A DNA stretch of 64,000 nucleotides from Pseudomonadota bacterium. Lineage in GTDB: Bacteria > Desulfobacterota > Desulfovibrionia > Desulfovibrionales > Desulfovibrionaceae. The stretch lies in the NCBI GenBank assembly GCA_018816865.1, contig JAHIUW010000023.1:1-64000 (forward strand), given 5' to 3'. Below are positions 16,626 through 26,292 of this stretch, in pieces. The notes under the pieces were generated by a model, which was not told where the DNA came from, made no database searches, and saw only the letters and a list, made by a program, of their open reading frames with translations. Made by a program: the position numbers and the translations under genes. Positions within the stretch are counted from its first letter, which is position 1. Each line of letters begins with the position of its first letter.

Positions 16626-17315
16626 TCAGGGTCGCTGGGCGGCCGTCTGCATCCCTGCGAAATCCCCCTGCACGACACGCTGCAACCAGTTCTCCGAAAG
16701 GCAGCCCCGCTCCAGGGCCAGGGTCTGGTCGGCCAGGTAGGCGGCTTCTTCCAGGTCGTGGGTCACGTGCAGGATGGGGATGGGCAGGACTTGCTTCAGA
16801 TCCCGCAGTTCCCGGCGCAGGGAGCGGCGGGTGTCCACGTCCAGGGCCGAGAAGGGCTCGTCCAGCAGCAGCAACACGGGCTCGCGGGCCAGGGCCTGGC
16901 AGAAGGCCGCGCGCTGGCGCTCACCCCCGGAGATGGCCGCCGGGCGCTTGTCCGCCAGATGGCTGATGCCGAAGGTCGTGAGCAACTCCGCCACGCGGTC
17001 CCTGTCCTTGGTGGCGAAGCCCACGTTGTCGCGCACGCTTAAGTGCGGGAACAGCGGATAGTCCTGAAAGACCAGCCCCAGGCCGCGTCGCTGCGGCGGC
17101 AGGAAAGTCTTGGCCGCAGTATCCACGAACACCGTGTCTCCCAGGGTGACCCGCCCCTCATCCGGCTTCTCCAGTCCGGCCAGGATGCGCATCAAAGTGG
17201 ACTTGCCCGCGCCAGACGGGCCGACGATGGCCGTCAGCTGTCCGGGGGGGCAGCTCAGGCAGACCGCAAGGTCGAAGTGGGGCAGGCGTTTGCTGATCTG
17301 AACGTGCAGGGTCAT
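16626..17315 (-). CDS. modC: Molybdate/tungstate ABC transporter ATP-binding protein (ModC/TupC-like, short form without TOBE domain).
   Basis: Walker A GPSGAGKST, signature ISGGERQR, Walker B LLLDEP. ATGA overlap with the upstream permease gene. Confidence 0.8.
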   Translation of the reverse strand: MTLHVQISKRLPHFDLAVCLSCPPGQLTAIVGPSGAGKSTLMRILAGLEKPDEGRVTLGDTVFVDTAAKTFLPPQRRGLGLVFQDYPLFPHLSVRDNVGFATKDRDRVAELLTTFGISHLADKRPAAISGGERQRAAFCQALAREPVLLLLDEPFSALDVDTRRSLRRELRDLKQVLPIPILHVTHDLEEAAYLADQTLALERGCLSENWLQRVVQGDFAGMQTAAQRP

Positions 17316-17971
17316 GAGCGGCTCCCGTTGCCCAGGCGGTTGATGGTCATCAAGGCCGCAAAGCTGATGGGGATCAGCGCCAGGGACAGATACAGGGCGT
17401 CGTCGTAGCGCAGGGCCTCCACGGCCTCGAAGATGGCGATGGAGGCCACCTTGGTGGACCCGGGCATGCTGCCGCCCACCATCAGGATCACCCCGAATTC
17501 CCCCAGGGAATGGGCGAAGACCAGCACCGACGCCGCGCACAGCCCCGGCAGGCTGTTGGGCAGCACCACCCGGAAGAAGGCCGCCGTGGGCGATAGTCCG
17601 AGGACTGCGGCGGCCTCCAGCAGGCGATGGTCGAGCTTCTGAAAGGCGGCGCGCATGGGTTGCACCGCAAAGGGCAAGTTGTAGACCAGGGACGCGATGA
17701 GGATACCCGCGAAGCTGAACACCAGGCGTTGACCGAACAGGGACTCCCAGGCCGCACCCAGAGGCGCCCCCGGACTCATGCAGACCAGCAGGGCGAAGCC
17801 CAGCACCGTCGGCGGCAGCACCATGGGCAAGGATACCAGGGCGTCGGCCACGCTCTTGCCCCTGAAGCGGAAGAAGGCCAGGGCATAGGCGATGGGCGCG
17901 GCCACCAGCGGCAGCAGCAGGGTGGTCAGCAGCGCCAGCTTGGCGGAGATCACCAGAGGTGTCAGATCCAT
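17312..17971 (-). CDS. modB: Molybdate/tungstate ABC transporter permease.
   Basis: Six-TM MetI-type permease with the EAA loop (EAAAVLG...); translationally coupled to modC. Confidence 0.8.
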   Translation of the reverse strand: MDLTPLVISAKLALLTTLLLPLVAAPIAYALAFFRFRGKSVADALVSLPMVLPPTVLGFALLVCMSPGAPLGAAWESLFGQRLVFSFAGILIASLVYNLPFAVQPMRAAFQKLDHRLLEAAAVLGLSPTAAFFRVVLPNSLPGLCAASVLVFAHSLGEFGVILMVGGSMPGSTKVASIAIFEAVEALRYDDALYLSLALIPISFAALMTINRLGNGSRS

Positions 17972-17999
17972 CGATTTACCCTCATCTCTTCATCCTCAT

Positions 18000-18752
18000 T
18001 TATTCGTATCCGAACTTGGCCTTGATGCTCTTGACCTCGGGGCTGGTCAAGAACTCGATGAATTTGCGCGCGGCCTCGGGATGGGGGGCGCTCTTCAGCA
18101 GACAGGCGGACTGGACCACGGGCGGGGCCTCGACCATGGGCGTGAAGCAGCCCTTGCGACCGAGTTCCGTGAACACCGAGGAATAGGCGACAAAGCCCGC
18201 ATCCGCCGCCCCGGTCTGGGCGAACTGGAAGGCCTGGGCGATGCTCTGGCCGAAGACCAGCTTGGGCTGCATGGAGTCCCAGATGTCGGTCTTCTGCATG
18301 GCCAGCATGGCGGCGGTGCCGTAGGGGGCGGTTTCGGTGTTGGCGACGGCGACCTTGATCGCGCTGGCATCCATGGCGGCCTCATGCCAGGGGCGGTTGC
18401 ACAGCTCCTGCTTCAGGGACCAGAACACGACCTTGCCCAGGGCGTAGACAAAGGGTTTCTCCGCCAGACCGTCGGCAAACAGCTTGTTTGGGCGTTTCTC
18501 GTCGGCGGCCAGGAACAGGTCGTGGGGCGAGCCGTTGCTGATCTGGGCGTAGAGCTTGCCGGTGGAGGCGTAGGTGGCCTCGGCCTTGATGCCGCTGGCC
18601 GCCTCGAAGGCCGGGATGATTTCCGCCATGGCGGGCATGAAATTAGCGGCCTGGGCGATGAGCAGATCAGCGGCGCGGGCCGGGGCCGACATCGTCAGCA
18701 TCAGCCCCAGGGCGAGCAGCAGGGCAGCTGTTTTCAGAAAGTTGCGTTTCAT
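18000..18752 (-). CDS. modA: Molybdate/tungstate-binding periplasmic protein. Start MKRNFLK at 18752.
   Basis: Signal peptide MKRNFLKTAALLLALGLMLTMSAPARA; cluster-D SBP fold; operon with modBC. Confidence 0.8.
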   Translation of the reverse strand: MKRNFLKTAALLLALGLMLTMSAPARAADLLIAQAANFMPAMAEIIPAFEAASGIKAEATYASTGKLYAQISNGSPHDLFLAADEKRPNKLFADGLAEKPFVYALGKVVFWSLKQELCNRPWHEAAMDASAIKVAVANTETAPYGTAAMLAMQKTDIWDSMQPKLVFGQSIAQAFQFAQTGAADAGFVAYSSVFTELGRKGCFTPMVEAPPVVQSACLLKSAPHPEAARKFIEFLTSPEVKSIKAKFGYE

Positions 18753-18922
18753 AGTATTTTGCTCCGGTTCTTGCGCTTGTTGAAGGTTTTCTGGATGCTC
18801 CGAATGGTTCGAGCATGTAGCCATAGGGCGCGCAGGCAAAATGGGCAACGCGGTTACGTTTTCATCGGAAAACGTGACCGAACAGCAGCGCAGGGGCGAC
18901 ATGTGCAACCAGGAGCAAGGCA

Positions 18923-20050
18923 ATGAGCGGCGATCAGGACCCAAACAGACCACGGGATACGGTCCCAAAGACAACCCCGGACACGGCACGGGACACGGCG
19001 GAAGCGGCCAGACCGGCGCGGTTGGCGCCGCACAAGTTTTTTACCGTGCCCGATGGGCTGCGCCATCTCGATGCGGGGCAGTTGGCGCAGTTCGAGGCGT
19101 CGTTCCGTACCTGGGTCGAGGGGGCGCGCCGGGCCGATGCGCGCCGCGCGCGGGAACGCACGCGCCTGCTTTTTCTGCTGTTGCGCTACACCGGGGCGCG
19201 GCTGGGCGAGGTCGTGGGCCCGAACGACCTGGGCTATCTGGACCTTGCGGGCAGCAGGGCCGTGTTCGACGCGAACGGCGGCCAACGCCTGGTGCCGCTG
19301 TCGCGCATGCTCTGCCGCGAGCTGAGTCTGTTCCTGGACGGGCCCATGGGCGCGGGTCTCAGCGGCAATGTCTTTGCGGCGGACCCGGGCTATGTGCGCC
19401 GGGTGTTCTATGCCCGGGCCGAGGCCTGCGGCCTGCCCCGCGAGTTGGGCACGCCCCGGGTGCTGCGCACCTCGCGGGCGGTGGAACTGTTGCGCAGCGG
19501 GGTGCCGCTGGCCGTGGTGCGCGACGTGCTCGGCCAGTCCTCGACGTCTCTGTCCACCGTCTACCAGGCCTACAGCAGCGAGGATTCCCAGCACATCGTG
19601 CGTCGCCTGGCCCCGGATGACCTGCCCCTGCGCAGCAGCGCCCGCAACAGCTTCCCCTGCCGTGTGGAACAGGTCCGTTGCGACGGCGTGTTGGCCGAGG
19701 TCCAACTGCGGACCTACGCGGGAGCGCCCCTGTCTGCGGTGATCACGATGGAGAGTTCGCAGAATCTCGGGCTGGAGCCGGGGGTGCCGGTGGTCGCCAC
19801 GATCAAGGCCCCGCTGGTGGACGTGGGTCAGGCGGACGGGGGCAGGGGCTGCATGTGCAACGCCTTGGCCGCCGTGATCACGGAGGTGCGCAGCAACGAG
19901 GTCGTGGCCGAGGTCATGGGCGAAGCCGCAGACGGAGCGAAACTCTGCGCCCTGGTCAGCGCCGGGGCCCTGCACGACAGCGGCGTGGGTGAAGGCGATT
20001 TGGTCCAGTTCCGGTTCAAGGCCCTGGCCGTGGTTCTGGGCGCCTTGTAG
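18923..20050 (+). CDS. ModE-like Mo-responsive regulator: a tyrosine-recombinase-fold N-terminal domain fused to two TOBE (Mop) molybdate-binding domains.
   Basis: Integrase-like box I (YTGARLGE) and C-terminal LRTSRAVELLRSGVPLAVVRDVLGQSS...TVYQAY. Two Mop repeats (SARNSFPCRVEQV...ATIKAPLV and CMCNALAAVITEV...FRFKAL). Confidence 0.8.
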   Translation: MSGDQDPNRPRDTVPKTTPDTARDTAEAARPARLAPHKFFTVPDGLRHLDAGQLAQFEASFRTWVEGARRADARRARERTRLLFLLLRYTGARLGEVVGPNDLGYLDLAGSRAVFDANGGQRLVPLSRMLCRELSLFLDGPMGAGLSGNVFAADPGYVRRVFYARAEACGLPRELGTPRVLRTSRAVELLRSGVPLAVVRDVLGQSSTSLSTVYQAYSSEDSQHIVRRLAPDDLPLRSSARNSFPCRVEQVRCDGVLAEVQLRTYAGAPLSAVITMESSQNLGLEPGVPVVATIKAPLVDVGQADGGRGCMCNALAAVITEVRSNEVVAEVMGEAADGAKLCALVSAGALHDSGVGEGDLVQFRFKALAVVLGAL

Positions 20051-20123
20051 CGCGCTGGTCAGCCAGCGGCAAAGAGAGATTCCGTAACGAATCAGTTCCT
20101 GAGTAAAACAGGTCCGCAACGAA

Positions 20124-22013
20124 TCAATGCCGTCGCGAATCGGCCACCTCTGGCCTTGCCGCTCCATTCCCCCGTCGTCTCACAAATCCGGTCACGGCCA
20201 TCAGGGCCACGGCCAGGATGATCAGCCCGGCGGCCACGGCCGCGATGACCGGGTCCATCTGGTCGCGGATGCCGTCCCACATCTGTTTGGGCAGGGTGGT
20301 CGAGCGCGCCCCGCTGATGAACAGGGCAACGATCAACTCGTCGAAGCTGGCGATGAAGGCGAAGATGGCGGCGGTGAGCAGCCCCGGGCGGATCAGGGGC
20401 AGGGTGACGTGCGCAAAGGTCCGCAGCCGTCCGGCCCCCAGGCTGTGGCTGGCCTGTTCCAGCCCGTGGTCCAGGCCGTGGAGGGTGGTGGTCATGACGA
20501 TGATCACAAAGGGCACGGCCAGCACGGTGTGGGCCAGGACTAGTCCGGTGATGGTGCCGATGAGTTTCAGTTTGGCCATGAAGAAGTACATGGCCACGGC
20601 GTTGATGATGGCCGGCAGGACCAGGGGGCTGATGAACAGGCCATAGGCGGTCTGGCGGGCCGCCCCTTTGAGGCGGGCGATGCCCATGGCCGCCAGGGTG
20701 CCCAGGACCGTGGCCAGGAGCATCACCGGGGCGGCTACGCGCAGGCTGTTCATGGTGGCCCGCATCCAGGGGCCGGAGCTGAAGAACGATTTGAAGAGCC
20801 CCAGGCCCACGGTCTGGGGCGGGAAGCGCAGGATGGTGTCGTTGGAAAAGGCGATGGGCAGGATCACGCCCAGGGGCAGGATCAGATAAGCCGCTCCCAG
20901 GGCGCAGATCGTCCGCAGCCCCCACAGCCCCCAGGGCACCCTGCGCAGCCCCTGGGGCAGGCGGCAGGCCAGGGCTTCAAAGAGCTGTGTGGTCCGGCGG
21001 GTCCATTGCAGGTGGATTGTCTCGCAACTGTCCAGCCAGCGCTCGGCCCCCCAGTGCATGAGCCTGGTCATGAGGGTCGCCCTCAGGCCGCGTCGTGAGG
21101 CGCGCGGGCCGCTGTGGCCCCCGGGCTTGGAGCCGAACAGGGATTCCAGGCCCATGAAGCGCAGGCACAGGGCAAAGAGCAGCATCACCGTCAGCAGCAG
21201 AACCACGCTCAGCACCCCGGCAAAGGCCCAGTCGTTGACGATCTCCAGCTGGGAATTGATGCTCATGGCGATGACGGTCTCCCTGGGGCCGCCCGTGAGG
21301 GTGGGCGTGACAAAGGTGCCCGCGCCGACGATGAAGGTCAGCAAAAAGGCCGCGGCCACGCCGGGCAGGCTCAGCGGCAAAAAGACCCGGCACAGGCGCT
21401 GCAGGGGCGAGGACCCCAAGCTGTCGGCGGCCCGCAGCAGGTTGCGGTCGATGCCCAGCATGACGCTGTGCATGGGCAGCACGGCATAGGGCAGCAGCAC
21501 GTAGGTCAGGCTGAGGTAGACCCCGCAGCGGTTGTACATCAGCTCCAGGGGGGCCTGGGTCAGCCCCGTCCATTGCAGCAGGCTGTTGACCACCCCGAAA
21601 CGGCCCAGGATGATCATCCATGAATAGGTGCGCACCAGCACCGAGATCCAGAAGGGCAGGGTCACGGCGGCCATGAGCAGCGTGCGCCAGGCAGGGCCGA
21701 AAAAGGTCATGCCGTAGGCCAGGGGGTAGCCCAGCAGCACGGCGGCTGTGGTGGCCCAGAAGCTGATCTCCAGCGTGTTCAGCAGAACCTTTAGATAGAC
21801 GGGGTGTCGCCACAGGTTCGCGTAGTGTTCCAGGGTGAAGTCCGGGGAAAACAGGCTTTGCTGCAGCACCCCTGCCAGGGGCAGCAGATAGAAGACCAGT
21901 AGATAGAGGGCCAGGGGCCCGAGCAGCAGAGCCACGGCCCAGTGGGGCCGCAGCGCGTGCAGCAGGGCGGGCCAGAGGCCCGCCCTGCGTGTTGTGGTGA
22001 GGTGGTGTTCCAT
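20124..22013 (-). CDS. ABC importer permease with two fused MetI-type permease domains (FbpB/ThiP/PotBC-like).
   Basis: 629 aa, about 12 TM, internal duplication; operon with the SBP and ATPase below. Confidence 0.8.
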   Translation of the reverse strand: MEHHLTTTRRAGLWPALLHALRPHWAVALLLGPLALYLLVFYLLPLAGVLQQSLFSPDFTLEHYANLWRHPVYLKVLLNTLEISFWATTAAVLLGYPLAYGMTFFGPAWRTLLMAAVTLPFWISVLVRTYSWMIILGRFGVVNSLLQWTGLTQAPLELMYNRCGVYLSLTYVLLPYAVLPMHSVMLGIDRNLLRAADSLGSSPLQRLCRVFLPLSLPGVAAAFLLTFIVGAGTFVTPTLTGGPRETVIAMSINSQLEIVNDWAFAGVLSVVLLLTVMLLFALCLRFMGLESLFGSKPGGHSGPRASRRGLRATLMTRLMHWGAERWLDSCETIHLQWTRRTTQLFEALACRLPQGLRRVPWGLWGLRTICALGAAYLILPLGVILPIAFSNDTILRFPPQTVGLGLFKSFFSSGPWMRATMNSLRVAAPVMLLATVLGTLAAMGIARLKGAARQTAYGLFISPLVLPAIINAVAMYFFMAKLKLIGTITGLVLAHTVLAVPFVIIVMTTTLHGLDHGLEQASHSLGAGRLRTFAHVTLPLIRPGLLTAAIFAFIASFDELIVALFISGARSTTLPKQMWDGIRDQMDPVIAAVAAGLIILAVALMAVTGFVRRRGNGAARPEVADSRRH

Positions 22014-22032
22014 GCCGGGTCCTGGCGTCCCC

Positions 22033-23052
22033 TTACTGCATCTTCCAGGCTTCCCACCTGGCGGTGACTTCCTTGCCGTGCTCGCGGTACCATTCGCCGT
22101 CGATGACCACGGCGTTCTTCATGTTGTCCGGGTGACTGGGCATCTGACGGGCCAGCTCATCGGGGATGTAGTCGTAGGCCTTGAGGTTGGAGGGGCCGTA
22201 ATAGCTGGCCATGGCCAACGCGGCCTGGCGCTTGGGGTCGGTGGAGTACTTGATGAACTTCATGGCCGCTTCCTTGCGGGGGCAGCCCTTGAGGATGACC
22301 AGATAGTCCAGGTCCACGATGGAGCCGTTCCATTCCACGGCCACGGGCACGCCGTCCTTGGCGATGTCCAGCATCCGGCCCGCGGCAAAGCTGCCCGTGT
22401 CGGCCTCGTGGGCGCGCATGACCTGTTGGGCCTGGGCGCCGTTCTTCCAGTAGACCTTGATCTGCGGCTTGAGTTCGTCGAGCTTCTTGAAGGCCCGGTC
22501 CACGTCAATGGGGTAGATCTGGCTGGGCGGCACGCCATCGGCCAACAGGGCGGCTTCGAGGTTGGAATAGGCCGTGTACTTCACGGCCCTGGGGCCGGGG
22601 AACTTTTCGGTGTCCCAGACGTCGGCCCAGGTCTTGGGGCCCTGGCCCGCAGGCCAGACATCGGTGCGGTAAGCGACGTTGTGCGAATAATAGACCGTGG
22701 ACACGCCAAAGGGCTGGATGCCGCCCTTCACGAAGTCCTCCACCGGGATGCCCGTGAGATCCAGGGGCTCGAACAGGCCGTCATGGGCGCCCAGCACGTA
22801 GCCGTTGATGGACGGTTCCACCACATCCCATTCGATGTTGCCGCTCTGTACCTGGGCCTTCATCTTGGCGTAGTTGGGGAAGGAGACGAAGACGACCTCG
22901 ATCCCGGTTTCCTTGGTGAAAGGTTGGGCGATGGCTTCGTCCAGGGCCTTGTTGTAGGTGCCGCCGTAGCTGCACACGGTGATGGTCTCGGCTTGGGCGA
23001 TCCCGGTGGCTGCGAACAGACACAGGGCCACGACGAGTAAGGCGCGTTTCAT
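22033..23052 (-). CDS. Periplasmic substrate-binding protein, cluster D (PotD/FbpA/ThiB-like).
   Basis: Signal peptide MKRALLVVALCLFAATGIAQA; 339 aa; family-1 extracellular solute-binding fold. Confidence 0.75.
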   Translation of the reverse strand: MKRALLVVALCLFAATGIAQAETITVCSYGGTYNKALDEAIAQPFTKETGIEVVFVSFPNYAKMKAQVQSGNIEWDVVEPSINGYVLGAHDGLFEPLDLTGIPVEDFVKGGIQPFGVSTVYYSHNVAYRTDVWPAGQGPKTWADVWDTEKFPGPRAVKYTAYSNLEAALLADGVPPSQIYPIDVDRAFKKLDELKPQIKVYWKNGAQAQQVMRAHEADTGSFAAGRMLDIAKDGVPVAVEWNGSIVDLDYLVILKGCPRKEAAMKFIKYSTDPKRQAALAMASYYGPSNLKAYDYIPDELARQMPSHPDNMKNAVVIDGEWYREHGKEVTARWEAWKMQ

Positions 23053-23101
23053 ATTGAGGACTCCAAAGTGTAAAAGGGTTGCTGCAAATCGATCCCGGCC
23101 A

Positions 23102-24199
23102 TCAGATCACGAAGGTGGCGTCATCGGGCCGCCAGCCAAAGTCGATCCTGTCTCCGGGGAGGAACTTGGGGGTCTCCCCCCGATTGTGCATCTTCATGAC
23201 CACCAATCCACCTGTGCCTTCGCTGTCAAAGCCCTTGGGACGGATGAAATACTTGATGGTATCGCCTTGGTGGATGAGGTTCTCCAATTGCCCCTTCATG
23301 GCGCAGAGGCTGCCCGCATTGCCGTTGACGAAGCTCAGCTTCTCGGGCCGGATGGACAGGAAGCCTTGCTGTCCGGAGTGCAGCAGACAGCAGGTCCGAG
23401 CCGCGGTGCAGTCCCCGTTGGGCATGCGCACCGCCAAGTTCGACTCGCTGGCGTCCAGGGTCGTTGCCCGGAAGAGATTGGTCTCGCCGATGAACTCGGC
23501 CACGAAGCGGTTGGCGGGCGAATCGTAGATCTGGGCCGCCGGACCGAGTTGCTCCACCCGGCCCTCGTTGATGACCGCGATGCGGTCGGACATGGTCAGG
23601 GCCTCCTGCTGGTCGTGGGTCACGTAGAGCACGGTGATGCCCAGACGTCGTTGCAGGTCCTTGAGCTCCAACTGCATGTGCTCGCGCAGGTTCTTGTCCA
23701 GGGCGCTCAGGGGTTCGTCCATGAGCAGTACGGGCGGATTGAAAACCATGGCCCTGGCCAGGGCCACCCGCTGCTTCTGGCCGCCCGAGAGCTGGGAGGG
23801 CATGCGCTCCTCCAGGCCTTCCAGACGCACGGAGGCGATGGTTTCGGCGACCTGTCTGGCGCGTTCGGCCCTGGGGATACGGCGCATGCGCAGGGGATAT
23901 TCGATGTTCTGGCAGACGTTCATGTGCGGGAACAGGGCGTAGTTCTGGAAGACCACGCCCAGGTTGCGCCGGAACGGGGCCAGGCGGGTCACGTCGCGTT
24001 CGCCGATGGCCACGAACCCGGCCTCGGGGGTGGCGAAACCGGCCACCACCATCAGCAGGGTCGTCTTGCCCGAGCCCGAGGGCCCCAACAGGGTCACGAA
24101 CTCTTTTTCCTTCACATCCAGACGGACCTTGTCCAGGGCCGTTACGGGCCCGTAGAACTTGGAGACGTCGTGGATGCGGATTCCCTTAGCAGTGCTCAT
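23102..24199 (-). CDS. ABC transporter ATP-binding protein with C-terminal TOBE-like domain (PotA/FbpC-like).
   Basis: [28 protein letters not shown]. Its start ATG overlaps the stop of the oxidoreductase gene (ATGA). Confidence 0.85.
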   Translation of the reverse strand: MSTAKGIRIHDVSKFYGPVTALDKVRLDVKEKEFVTLLGPSGSGKTTLLMVVAGFATPEAGFVAIGERDVTRLAPFRRNLGVVFQNYALFPHMNVCQNIEYPLRMRRIPRAERARQVAETIASVRLEGLEERMPSQLSGGQKQRVALARAMVFNPPVLLMDEPLSALDKNLREHMQLELKDLQRRLGITVLYVTHDQQEALTMSDRIAVINEGRVEQLGPAAQIYDSPANRFVAEFIGETNLFRATTLDASESNLAVRMPNGDCTAARTCCLLHSGQQGFLSIRPEKLSFVNGNAGSLCAMKGQLENLIHQGDTIKYFIRPKGFDSEGTGGLVVMKMHNRGETPKFLPGDRIDFGWRPDDATFVI

Positions 24200-26292
24200 G
24201 ACTGTTCTCCAGCAAGACCCTCGACGCGGCAGGCCATGCCCCGCAAGGTCGGCGAGCCCAGTTCTCGGCCGCACGGGCCGTCGGCGTCCGTGAGCAGATT
24301 CAGGTTTGCCTGTTGCCAGCCAAAGCCATTGTCCGCTCCCTGTTCCGGAAACCACCAGCCGTGTTCGGCCATCACCACCCGCGGGTCCAGGCGGCTGTCC
24401 AGACGCACCCGTTGGACGATGGTGCCCCGGGCAGTGGCCAGGCGGGCCATGTCGCCGTCGCCCAGACCCAGGGGCCGGGCCGTGTCCGGGTGCAGGCTCA
24501 GGGTCGGTTCGGGGTTCGCCTTGCGCAGGGAGGCCAGTTGGCGACCGCAAGAGTGGTAGAAGGTGGCGGATTTGCGGCTGGCCAGCACCAGGGGGAAGGC
24601 GGTCCCCAGGGGCGCGGGCTCAAGATAGGTCGGCAGGGGGGCGACCCCCCAGCCCTCAAGGGTGCTGGAATACAGCTCCACCAGCCCCGAAGGGGTGGGA
24701 AAGCCATGGGTTTCGTGGGCCCGGGGTTGCCCGGGGCCGTATATCACTCCCTTGGCCCGGAATTCGTCGAAGCTCAGGCCCGAGGGCTGAAGATAGAAGT
24801 CCAGGAACTGGCGCGTGTCCGCAAAGGCCTGTTCGCCGCTGCCCATGCGCCGGGCCAGGTCGTTGCAGATCTGGCCCTCGCTGCGGGTCTGGCCCGGGTC
24901 GGCGGCGCGCTGCTGCACCGTGGCCGCGGGCCAATGCCAGGGCTGTTCCACGCTGTCGTGCTCCAGGTACATGGAGGCCGGGAACACGATGTCCGCCAGG
25001 GCGGTGGTGGGAGTCATGAAATGGTCCGTGGTGGCAAAGAATTCGAGTTTTTCCAGGGCCCGGGCCATGAGCTGCGAGTCGGCGCTGGTGCACAGCAGGT
25101 TGCCGCCCTGGAGATAGACCCCCCGGACGGGGTAGGGCTCGTCGTCCAGGATGGCCTTGGCCACCAACTGGTGGGGCACATAGGGGAAATCGGGTAGCAT
25201 TCCAGCACCGGCACCCAGGCGTTGGGCGGTCATGCCTTGGGGCAGCAGGTCCGGGCGCGTGAACAGGGGGGAGCGGCGTAGCAATTCGCCCTCGTCGGAC
25301 CACAGGATGTCCGAGCCCGGGGCCCCAAGATTGCCCGTCAGGGCCCGCAGGATGCAGATGGCGCGGCAGGTCTGGTAGTTGTTGGGGCCGGATTCCAGGG
25401 CGTTGCCCCAGAGGATGCATCCGGGGCGGATCGTGGCGTAGAGGCGGGCGGCCTTGCGGATGTCCTCGGCCGCGACCCAGGTCATGGCCTCGACCCGTTC
25501 GGGGGTATAGGGTTCCAGATGGGCGCAGAGGCGTTTGAAACCCACGGTCCAGCGCTCGATGAACTCCTGGTCCTGAAGGCCCTCGGTGATGATGACCCGG
25601 GCCATGCCCAGGGCCAGCGCCCCGTCAGAGCCCGGACGCGGCCTCAGCTGGAGTTCGGCTCGCTCGGCCTTGGCGCAGGGGTCGATGACCAGCAGCTTGG
25701 CTCCGGCGGACATGGCCCGAACCACTTCCTGGTGCAGGGCGGGGTGGGTGGCCCGGGGGTTCATGCCCCAGAGGACCATGCACCGGGGTGGGTGCTCCAT
25801 GTCCGGGTAGGCCCAGAAGCCGTAGGTATGCTTGGAGGCCAGGGCGCAGGGTGCGTAGCAGATGGACGAGGTGGTGGAGACGTTGGGCGAGCCGAAGATG
25901 TTTGCCAGGCGGGTCAGATGGTCGTCGCTGGTGCCTTTGGAACCGCCGCGCATGAAGGCCACGGCCTGCGGCCCCAGGCGGTCGCTGACCTGGGTCAATC
26001 CCTGGATCGTGGCGTCCAGGGCCTCGTCCCAGGAAATGGGCTCCCACTGCCCGCCGCCGCGCGGTCCGCTCCGTTTGAGGGGTCGGCGAAGCCGCTGTGG
26101 GTGGTCCAGCATCTCCAGGGCCGCCCGTCCGCGGGGGCAGAGCCTGCCCCGGCTCAAGGGGTGATCCGGGTCGCCCGTGACGTGCACCGGCCGTGCGTCG
26201 CGCACATGAACCAGCACACCGCATCCGTTGTAGCAGAGGCGACAGGTGCTTCTGATGGTCGCGGAGCCCTGTGTCGCGGGCTTGTCCGACAT
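24196..26292 (-). CDS. Cytoplasmic molybdopterin oxidoreductase (MopB/DMSO-reductase superfamily) with an N-terminal [4Fe-4S] motif. Substrate unknown.
   Basis: CRLCYNGCG...C FeS motif. MopB core (ICYAPCALAS..., WGMNPRATHP). No Tat signal. No partner electron-transfer subunit genes adjacent. Confidence 0.8.
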   Translation of the reverse strand: MSDKPATQGSATIRSTCRLCYNGCGVLVHVRDARPVHVTGDPDHPLSRGRLCPRGRAALEMLDHPQRLRRPLKRSGPRGGGQWEPISWDEALDATIQGLTQVSDRLGPQAVAFMRGGSKGTSDDHLTRLANIFGSPNVSTTSSICYAPCALASKHTYGFWAYPDMEHPPRCMVLWGMNPRATHPALHQEVVRAMSAGAKLLVIDPCAKAERAELQLRPRPGSDGALALGMARVIITEGLQDQEFIERWTVGFKRLCAHLEPYTPERVEAMTWVAAEDIRKAARLYATIRPGCILWGNALESGPNNYQTCRAICILRALTGNLGAPGSDILWSDEGELLRRSPLFTRPDLLPQGMTAQRLGAGAGMLPDFPYVPHQLVAKAILDDEPYPVRGVYLQGGNLLCTSADSQLMARALEKLEFFATTDHFMTPTTALADIVFPASMYLEHDSVEQPWHWPAATVQQRAADPGQTRSEGQICNDLARRMGSGEQAFADTRQFLDFYLQPSGLSFDEFRAKGVIYGPGQPRAHETHGFPTPSGLVELYSSTLEGWGVAPLPTYLEPAPLGTAFPLVLASRKSATFYHSCGRQLASLRKANPEPTLSLHPDTARPLGLGDGDMARLATARGTIVQRVRLDSRLDPRVVMAEHGWWFPEQGADNGFGWQQANLNLLTDADGPCGRELGSPTLRGMACRVEGLAGEQS

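Noticed and set aside
20092-20925. A 277-aa minus-strand ORF and several plus-strand ORFs overlapping the fused ABC permease.
   Set aside because: They are wrong-frame overlaps of a well-supported permease. The translations are Pro/Gly/Arg-rich.
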